Assembly: GCF_006345805.1 (NCBI RefSeq)
Contig: NC_042997.1
Location: forward strand, 151,032,001 to 151,096,000
Source of the DNA: Octopus sinensis
Lineage: Eukaryota
Direction of reading: 5' to 3'
DNA length: 64,000 nucleotides
The position numbers and the translations under genes were made by a program. The notes below the pieces were generated by a model. The model made no database searches. It saw nothing but the letters and a program-made list of their open reading frames with translations, and was not told the DNA's origin. Every line of letters starts with the position of its first letter. Within the stretch, counting starts at the first letter, position 1. Of the stretch, positions 52,584 through 64,000 are shown piece after piece.

Positions 52584-53126
52584 GAGTGAGAGAGCAGTTC
52601 ATGCCATCAAAGTGACACTGGGGTAAAATATACGAAGCCCAATATACCCATCATGACTACCCGTCTGATAAAGGTACACCAGGCACATGCATCACAACCA
52701 TATGTGCGCGACATGGTGATCTCATATCAAGATAAACAGCACATGACCTTGCAGGTGGGGCCCAGTTAGAATTTTCTTCAGGTTGAGTAGCCCATCCCGC
52801 TCAAACGGTCCCTGAATAAGGTTTGTTTAAGGATGTTGAAAGAACCACCCATGTTTCCAGAGGTGAACTATTCAAACCCCAAAGAATCTCTCTCAGCACA
52901 TGGCCATGATGCTCCCCCACTACTTCTGCTCGTGATCAGAGATGCACATATTGTCAGCCACTAAGGGACATGCTCAACTGGTTAAGGTCAAACAACTGAC
53001 AAGCAAATCTGTGGTATTGAGCAGAATATTTGCTGTAGCCCATCTTTTATACCAAGACAAAACAATGTACATGATAACACTTCCAATCAGTTAAGATCAG
53101 ATGCCATGAGAGCCACTGCCTGGTAC

Positions 53127-53128
<2 letters not shown>
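52584..53128 (-). mobile_element. 545-bp repeat, copy 2 (tandem duplicate)
   Basis: Same ends as copy 1. I noticed one substitution (AATCCCT versus AATCTCT). Confidence 0.85.
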
Positions 53129-53175
<47 letters not shown>

Positions 53176-53203
53176 GTTACTATTATTATTATTATTATTA
53201 TTA

Positions 53204-53258
<55 letters not shown>

Positions 53259-53750
53259 ATTATCATTATTATTTTTATTATTGATAAGGCGGCGAAATGG
53301 CAGTCGTTAGCACGCTGGGTGAATGGCTTAGCAGTATTTTGTCCGTCGATACCTTCAAATTCTGCCGAGGTCGATTGACAGCATTTCGTCCGTCTTCACT
53401 TTCTGAGTTCTAATTCCACCGAGGTCAACTTTGCCTTTCATCATTTTGGGGTCGATATATTAAGTAGCAGTTAAGTGCTGTGGTCGATATAATCGACTTC
53501 TTCACTTCCCACCAATTTCAGGCCCCTTGTGCCTATAGTAGAAATGCTTATTACTGTATGTATGTGCCTGTAAGTTGAAGAAGGACAAAGTGAAGTGGGT
53601 ATTTGCTTTATTGGTGAGGACAACCTTGGTTTTTATCGGGGCTCCTGAGCAGCACTAGGAAGTCTCCCTCATTTGGGTATTATTCAAAGCATTTTATATT
53701 ATCCCACATTGTATTGCCCTGCACTGTCACTTTACTGGCTAATAAAGGAA

Positions 53751-55260
<1,510 letters not shown>

Positions 55261-55283
55261 ATATATTATTATGATTATTATTA

Positions 55284-55422
<139 letters not shown>

Positions 55423-55441
55423 TATCATTATTAATATTATT

Positions 55442-55987
55442 GAGTGAGATAGCAGTGCATGCCATCCAAGTGACACTGGGGTAAAATACACGAAACCCAT
55501 CGTGACTCACCGTCTGATAGGATACACGAGGCACATGCATCACAACCAAATGTGCGTGACACAGTGATATTATATCAAGATAAGCAACGCATTACCTCGC
55601 AGGTGGTGGTTCAATAACAATTTTCTTCAGGTCGAATAGCCCTTCCGAATTAACAAGTCCCTGAATAAGGGTTGTTTAAGGATGTTCAACGAAACACCCA
55701 TGTTTCCAGATGGGAATTATTCAAAGCCCAAATAATCCCTCTCAACACATGGCTATTATGCTCCCCAGTTACTTCTATATGTGATCGGAGATGCACATAT
55801 CGTCAGTCACTAAGGGACATGCTCAACTGGTTAATGTCAAGTAACTGACAAGCAAATCTGTGGTATTGGGCAGAATATTCCCGGTAGCTCATCTTTTATA
55901 CCAAGACAAAACAATGTACATTATAACACTTCCAATCAGTTAAGATCAGAAGCGATGAGAGTCACTGCCTTGTACTGCATCTAGGCG
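55442..55987 (-). mobile_element. 545-bp repeat family, older copy 3
   Basis: Colinear but diverged from copies 1 and 2. Extends further at the right (GTACTGCATCTAGGC). Confidence 0.85.
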
Positions 55988-56064
55988 ACGTACTGCTAGT
56001 CTTTCTTCTTCTTCTTCTTCTTCTTCTTATTATTATTATTATTATTATTATATTATTATTATTA

Positions 56065-56104
<40 letters not shown>

Positions 56105-56128
56105 TTATTATTATTATTATTATTATTA

Positions 56129-56181
<53 letters not shown>

Positions 56182-57233
56182 TTGCCTGTGTATTTGTGAG
56201 ACCTAGTCATGAATATTCCTCAAAGGTTCTTGTTTTATAAGTGGCTATAACCCCCACGTATAAGCAGTTTCTCATAAGTATATTGATGTACAATTTTCAG
56301 GGCTCTAAAGCATGCGTTTCAATGAGTTAACGCACGTTTTTATTCTTCTTTTTGCAAATCTACATAGTTTGTCCCTTCTAGAGTTTTATCTATATCACAA
56401 TTTCATTTCGGCTATTATACTTAATACATTTCTCTTGCTCGTATGTCGTGAAAGCATAGCCTTCAAGGTGAGCCCTACTGTTATTCATTTATAGTGATGT
56501 CTCTGTGAAAAATTCTGGCAGTATAACCATGCATAACCTTCTGATGATAAGCATATGGATTTTATTCCGAAGATATTTTGCTGTGAAGTTCAGTTTCCTT
56601 CGGTGTGTATCTCCTAGTCATGAATTAAGTATAATTTATGAGCGCTTACATTCCAATTCTCATTATATTAACTGTCATATGAATGTAGACATGATCCAGG
56701 AATACAGTTCAATATTTGGTACTTAGTTGGTATTGTGGAAATTATAAAATTAGATATGAAAACACTGTTTGATACTAAGATAATACTAAGTTAATCGTCT
56801 GATACTATGAATTTGTTTTCTAAAGTGATGATATTTATCACTGATGATATCAGTTTAATTTAAGTTCTTAAGATAGTCCAAGCCGATTACTGACAATGCG
56901 ATAAGATTTTGAGTTAAAATATTTCCTCGCGCTTGTACATATGTTGTTGAGTTGGTGGTTTGCTTCAACTGTCGATACACACACCCAAGAGCGCGCATTT
57001 ATTTACATTAGACTCTCAGATGGAGAATTTTGGGATTGTCTTATAATTTTCAACTGTGTCACTAACAGATTGCGGTTGGAGAATCCACATATGTTTCGTT
57101 TGCTCTTTTTCCGTGAAACCAAGTATTTCAATGCAGTTTCTCTAAATTTCTTGGTACACAACCTAATGCACCTATGATGATAGGTACAAGTGAGTATTCA
57201 TAGACAGTGTACAAGATCTGTAAGTGCCGCACT

Positions 57234-57500
57234 TATGTATGTATGTATGTATGTATGTATGTATGTATGTATGTATGTATGTATGTATGTTTGTATGTAT
57301 GTATGTATGCATGTATATATGTATGTATGTATGTATGATGTGTTTATGTATGTATGTATGCACACATGTATAATGAATGTATGATGTATGCATGCATGCC
57401 GCACTTATATATGTATGTATGCATTCATGTATGTATGTATGATGTATTTATGTATTTATGTATGCACACATGTATATATGTATGTATGATGTATGTACGT
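57234..57500. repeat. (TATG)n degenerate microsatellite
   Basis: Direct reading. Confidence 0.92.
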
Positions 57501-57506
57501 ATGCAT

Positions 57507-57832
57507 GTGATGGTGCGTGGATTAATGGGGTGTGTATCCGTCTCACGATCGTAGGGTCGTAAGTTCTATTCCCGTCCGCGTGTTGTGTCCTTGAGGAAGA
57601 CATTTTATTTCACGTTGCTCCACTCCACTTAGTTGGCAAAAATGTGCGGTAGCTGTATTTCGATGGGCAGGTATTGTCACACTTTGTGTCATGCTGAATC
57701 TCACTAAGAACTAAGTAAAACGTACGAGTGTCTGTGGAGTGCTCAGCCACTTGCATGTTAAATTTCACGAGCAGGCTGTTCTTTCGATCAGATGAACACG
57801 AACGCTCTTCACAGTAACTGACTAAGTCCCAG
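57507..57832 (+). mobile_element. tRNA-derived SINE related to family C2 (another decayed copy at about 60040-60236, minus)
   Basis: GTTGTGTCCTTGAGGAAGACATTTTATTTCACGTTGCTCC...TTGGCAAAAATG is shared with 34155-34380. Confidence 0.75.
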
Positions 57833-57851
57833 CTGTGCATGTATGTGTGGA

Positions 57852-58022
57852 AGGATGGATGGATGGACGAATGGAAGGATGGTTGGATGGATGGATGGAT
57901 GGATGGATGGATGGATGGATGGATGAGTGGATGGATGGATGGATGAATGGATGAGTGGATGGATGGATGGATGGATGGATGAATGGATGGATGGATGGAT
58001 GGATGAGTGGATGGATGGATGG

Positions 58023-58057
<35 letters not shown>

Positions 58058-58372
58058 ATGGATGGATGGATGGACGACTGGAATGATGGTTGGATGGATG
58101 GATGGATGGATGGGTGAATGAATGGATGGATGGATGGACGAATGGAACATGGATGGATGGATGAGTGGATGGATGGATGGATTGATGGACGGATGGATGG
58201 GTGGATAGATGGATGGATGGGTGGATGGATGGACGACTGGAAGGATGGATGGATGGATGGATGGATGGATGGGTGAATGAATGGATGGATGGATGAATGG
58301 ATGGACGGACGGACGGATGGATGGATGGAAGATGGATGGATGGATGGATGGATGGATGGATAGATGGACGGA
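57852..58372. repeat. (GGAT)n microsatellite, about 520 bp
   Basis: Direct reading. Source of the spurious IHPS-repeat ORFs. Confidence 0.95.
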
Positions 58373-58941
58373 TTGATCGATCGAACGATCGCTCTATCGG
58401 CAGCTGTATGTATGCACATACGTATGTATGTGTTTATGTGTGAATAAACGAATGGAGGAATGGAGGGAGTATAAAGAAATGACATATAAAACTTTTCCTT
58501 TTATTCTATGTTTGCGTATTTTTCAATTTCGTTGCTTCTGTCTTTGTATAATGACCACATGGCATATGATTCACTTCAGCAACAGTACATCTATACTGAA
58601 ACTTACATTTATCATCATGAATTACGTTCAGCCTACTTTAACTACACATCATTTTTTTACTCTGTTTTACTATTATCATGATATATATATTTTTTGGCTT
58701 TATCTCTCTGTAAGTGCCATTGACATTTTCAAGTCATTCTGACTCATTAGATTACTGATATTTTCTACATTTGTAAGTTGTTTTTTCCTGCTAGTCCTGC
58801 CGACTGCAAAGTGGACATAGAGAGCATGTTTTCACGAGTTAAGTACAATGTTATAGTGCAGGCTATGTTACAGTATTTAAATGGTTAGATATCTATAGCT
58901 TCCCTCACTTCCTCTCTTCGTATATATAAACACATGTATAA

Positions 58942-58987
<46 letters not shown>

Positions 58988-59693
58988 GCATACACATACA
59001 CATACAGAGAAGGACAGACATCTATACACAAACATACATATAAACATACACACACATATTACATGGGGTTTCCGATGAGAATTTAATAATAGTTGTTGAC
59101 ATTCAAATCATTGTTGTACGTTTACGTTTATTTTTTAAATTTAGACAAGCTCTAAGTTTCCTCTTCTATGATTTGTTTCAATTGTATGCGTTCATTCATT
59201 CCTCGTTTTTATAGGTTAATACAAATTAGCGAATTATTTTGTTTTGATGAAATTTTCGAAACATAAATATATGATTTCACGGCTCACATTTTTTTAAATG
59301 TAAGCGGTAGCGTTTCCAAAGTATTCCTACGCTATTCGTTTATTAATATTATTCCCAGTAGGAGACGTGGGATAATATCATTGTCTTCGCGTTGTGAAAT
59401 ATTAATTCTATAAAAACTTTGCGAATTAAGAATATATCCAGTTGATAATCGTTAAATATTTTGGGCATAACATTTTATTTACACGGCTATATGCTCATAA
59501 CTATTTTCCTCTCTCCCTTCCTTTCTCTCTCTCTCCTTCTCTCTTTCTCTTCCTTCTCCCTCTTTTCTTTCCTCTCACTATCTCTCTCTCTGTATGTATA
59601 TATATATATGCATGTAAGAAAGTATGTATGTATATATATGTGTGTGGGCATGAATAAATATGAACATAAATAGAGAGAGATATATATATAGCC

Positions 59694-59728
59694 AGATAGA
59701 TAGATAATTAGATATATAGATTAGATAA

Positions 59729-59824
<96 letters not shown>

Positions 59825-59838
59825 GTAGATAGATAGAT

Positions 59839-59889
<51 letters not shown>

Positions 59890-59901
59890 TAGATAGATAT
59901 G

Positions 59902-59998
<97 letters not shown>
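59694..59998. repeat. (TAGA)n microsatellite
   Basis: Direct reading. Confidence 0.95.
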
Positions 59999-59999
<1 letters not shown>

Positions 60000-60340
60000 T
60001 GAAAAAGAACATCAAAGTCCTCTCCCGAGTCACAGGATCATAAGACTGGTTTCATGGAATTTTTGGCGTCAAATTTCTCTCAGAATTAGACTCGTAACTG
60101 CCGCAGGATTACACGGTTTCAAAATTTAAATGAACTGTAGCAACTGGTAGTGAAGTGTTTTGCTCGACAAAGACAGCGCATCTGTTCCAGGAACATAAAC
60201 CAAAATTGTACAGTCAAGAACTGACCCACGCGCCTACACACACACACACACATACGTGTGTATATCCGAGGTGTTTGGTGAGCGATTTCATGCCGTCGAT
60301 GTTGCTCCTGAGTTAAAATTTAGAATGCAGATACTATTTA

Positions 60341-61596
60341 CGACGGTCGGCTGAACGGTTCATAGGCTGACCAAGATACTCTCATGTAATGTGACCAAAT
60401 GAGGCGTATTTCTCAAAATAGTCCATATTGCGGTTCACATATATCTTCTATCAGTGATTGGAACCAGTTGGTGAAGAAGCTTTCAAACTGTTGGTCAAAA
60501 AAATAAGTCAGCAATATGACGCCATCGTCACTGCAATTCTGGTTTCAGCTTGTTTTTGCACTCGTGTTGGGGAATAGATGATATTCAGATGAACCCAAAA
60601 CAGGAGAATACCGATGTTGAGCAATCAGTTCAGGCTACAAACACGTACAGTGTCATTGAGACGAAGGACATGTGTATGCTGGAGTATCGTTTTCTGGAGC
60701 ATTGTCCTGATGAAGCAACAGCACTCTCGTCAGTTTTCCTGAGGTTTTGTTCGTGGTTAGACTTTCCTAACTGCATTAGCAATTTGGCGTTGATAATGTG
60801 CCCTTTTTGAAAATAGTCAATAAACACAATGCCTGTTGCATTCGAAAGGAAAACTGAAGCTATCCCCTTCTTTAGAGATGAAGTGACATTGGCCTTCTTT
60901 GGAGCAGGGGAGGAGACGGTGTTTCCATAGCATGTATTTATTACCTTATTTAATCACTTAGTTAATCACTCATCTTATGTTATGGCACTTTCAAAGAAAC
61001 CAGCTGGATCTGCTTCAAACAAGGTCGGATTTCCCTGTGATATTAGAAGCATGTTACGCATTTGACCACTTGTCGGAAGACTAGATAGATAGTCGGACAT
61101 ACTATGCAAAAAGCTTCGCCATACCAAGTTTGTTGTGCAAAATATTCTCAACTCTCTTATGAGATATGCTAATAGCATTGCTTATGTGAATTATAGTCAA
61201 TTGCCTCTCATCCGTCACGATATTGGTGAACACCACCAATGTTTTCCTCCCTGGTAACAGTTGTAAGTCATATAAACCTTGGGCTATCTTCAAGCCTCTC
61301 CTTTCCCCTCCTAAATTCAGCATCCCAGGTCTGTACTTATGATAAAGTTAAAGCGCCATCTACTTATGTAGCGACCATATCTGCATCAATGTCTTTGGAA
61401 GTTTGCTTTTAGCTACTTCTCAACACCACGATGCCAAATTTTGTACACATTCAAGTGAAGTCGCTAGCAGTTACCTTTGAATAGTAGTAAGATGAGAGTC
61501 TACTTGAAAGGAAACGATGCAATTATTAATAAAGTGTGTTAAAGCTCTAGCATCACTCCTTCATATTCAGCCTATGAAATAGTGTACCCGCGCTTG
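60341..61596 (-). mobile_element. mariner relic, about 1.25 kb, both ends present
   Basis: Degenerate TIRs (TTCATAGGCTGA / TCAGCCTATGAA). Translated pieces TDERQLTIIHISNAISISHKRVENILHNKLGMAK and VFIDYFQKGHIINA. Confidence 0.85.
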
Positions 61597-62439
61597 TACA
61601 TCAATGTATGCAAGTAGGTAAATAGGAATGTAGTTAATTAGTTAGTTAATTAGATAGTTAGGTAGGTAGGTAGGCAGGCAGACAGCGAGGTAGTTGGGTA
61701 TATAGGTAGATAGGTAGGTATATATGTAGGTGGGTGAGTAGGTACGTATGTACGCACGTGTTTACAAACTCATATACAGATGTATATGTGTAATTAAGTG
61801 TATGTGTATGTTATTGCCTGTGTGTATGTATATACGCGCGTGCAAATTGCACTTATACTTTCGTAATGATATGTATGTATATGTATATACACACACACAA
61901 ACGCACTCTCACGTACCCACACATATATATAACTATAAATATGCTTTTATATATATATATATATATATTTTTTCTCATACACACATATATACCTTGATAT
62001 AAAGAGAGAAATTAGAAAGAAAGCTGTAAGATGGGGGAGAGAGGCGACGGATATATAGATACATGGTTATATAGACAAACAAGTATCCATGTATCGTACG
62101 CACATTTACGATAAATAGATTGGAATGATTCATTCTTGATTCAATACCTTCGTAATTCATGAAAGCTTAGCTAATTGCCTTCATTTATCGCATGAATGGT
62201 TAGGATAAATATATATTATTTTATCTTTGTTGGCAATGCAAGAAAACATTCACAAATAGGAGGAATCTCAATATCAAAAATCAGTGGGGAATTAAAATCA
62301 AACACCTTAAATATAATGAGCTAGCAGCGTGTATATCCTAACCTCTAAATGTACATTTGCAATACGAATGTCTTAACCCCCACTCAAACCTACACTGAAC
62401 TTTAGCATCCTGATCATTGACCTTTTTACCTACACGTCA

Positions 62440-62830
62440 ATACAATTATATTTCTTTCTCTAACTCGCCAATATTCCACCCACAGTGAACTTTGTCACCG
62501 TGTCCGTTGGCCACTTGCAACACGCCGAAGCAATTATATTTTGCATTGATTTGCAATAATTTTGCACAGTAACTACAACTGTTCCACCAAACTTATATAA
62601 TATTGGTACTATAAAACCCCTCTCTTCAAGAAAAAAACCCACATAATATCTCTTTTACGTAGGGGCATCATAAAGAGCTCAGGTTCTACATCTTCCCTAT
62701 GGTCTTCATCGTATAATTTACGCCATCGCGGGCCACTAATAGCTTCCATAGTTATTGTTTTTATTTCCTTCTTAATCTTATTACGTGTAAGATCAGAGAT
62801 CAACATGTCAATAATAGATTGCAATCCAAA
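62440..62830 (-). pseudogene. possible decayed DNA-transposase fragment (P/THAP9-like C-terminus?)
   Basis: ILYKFGGTVV...C...FTVGGIL loosely resembles the LYYIAGYVV...C..C...GGL pattern. Weak. Confidence 0.2.
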
Positions 62831-64000
62831 TTGGGATCATCTACAACTTCCTTTATATTCTATACAAAGATCAGCGAAATTTCTTGAAATTTACTTCCAG
62901 CTGCCTTTTACAATGAAGAACAAATTAGGTAATATATTACATTGTCTAATAAGAAAATATAAGGACTGAAATATCGTTACACAGCTTTTGATCGCCTCTA
63001 CTGGGTCAGGGCAAAGTTAAATCTAAACAAAACATTTCTATTAAGAGTAGAGAACGTGATTTTTCATTGTATCGTTGAGTTGCTGAAGGAATATTTGAAG
63101 TGCTTCTTGGGGAGGTAGACATTCATACACGTTGCCTGATCTCACTGCCGGGAATTAATGAAGTATTCTTTAGCACTAACAGAATTACTACTGCTGCAGA
63201 TTTTGCCACTTGGAACTATAAAACTTGTAATATTGAGAAGGAGACTATGTATGGTCAAACAACTTGCTAAAAATAGTAGCAATATATTTCTCATAATCCA
63301 TTATCTAAATGAGTAAAGGATGAGATATTCATGGTTGGAATGATTTTAATCATAGTTATACTATATCAGAATTCTACGAAAGCAGGCATATCAACAACAG
63401 CTACAACAACGCCAAACAGCATACAAAACTATAACAACGATACGTTTGGATATAAAGATATAATTCGCAATAGTACGAGAGCGTAGAGAAATGTATTTCG
63501 GTTATGTTTATTTTTACATCTTGTTTTCTGAGTACAAATAATTCTGCAGACAGTTTTGCCTTTCTTACCTGTGGAGGCCAAAGATAGCAGTTAAACCAGG
63601 CTATTAGAATTATTATATCTTCGGAGAAGCTCCCTGCTCTTTGTGTTTTGGTCTCAAATAAACCATGACCTATATGTTTGGTACAGTTTTCCTTTGCCTG
63701 ATTTAACACCACCACCAAGTTCTTGGGTGCCTTTAGTCAAATTCGGACCGTTGCAAGAATTCCAACCAGGCCTTTGGTTTGCGGATATCTTCCTCTTTTC
63801 ATTTCATCCACATCAAGAGAAATGCCATAGATCTGGACACTGCTTCATTATCTTGAAAAAGCCCTAAAAACGAAAGGAAATTCATGTGCTCGGTTTTCGA
63901 TATAAGAATAAAAATATGTCCCTATGTACCCGGCAAAAATCAATTATTTAATCAATTCTAAAAATTTTCTCATAATCATTAAATTTTCAGCGAATTTAAC

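Noticed and set aside
57610-58485. 291-aa ORF rich in IHPS repeats
   Set aside because: Translation of the (GGAT)n microsatellite running into a SINE; no coding signal.
63400-63870. Tc1-like traces (LFQDNEA, WPPQ) on the minus strand
   Set aside because: Only two short motifs, with inconsistent spacing and no TIRs.

Overview
AT-rich, microsatellite-dense eukaryotic DNA. The repeat landscape (tRNA-derived SINE families, TA/ATT/TAGA/GGAT runs) looks like a coleoid cephalopod, probably Octopus; this is inferred from pattern familiarity, not a search. No recognisable host protein gene is present, and nearly all short ORFs in the track are microsatellite translations. Contents: (1) a near full-length, lightly frameshifted CR1/L2-type LINE (about 15.27-19.65 kb, minus strand) whose ORF1 carries CCCH zinc fingers and polyQ; (2) several Penelope-like (PLE) remnants in (TA)n tracts, built as fold-backs, with GIY-YIG remnants and minimal type I hammerhead ribozyme motifs, two families of which have a U3-A8 compensatory core; (3) a Dong/R4-type REL-endonuclease LINE remnant and three copies of a 545-bp non-coding element, all in (ATT)n; (4) an RTE fragment, many Tc1/mariner relics, Helitron-like pieces and SINEs; (5) a few well-formed minus-strand splice-site pairs that may belong to an unidentified transcript.
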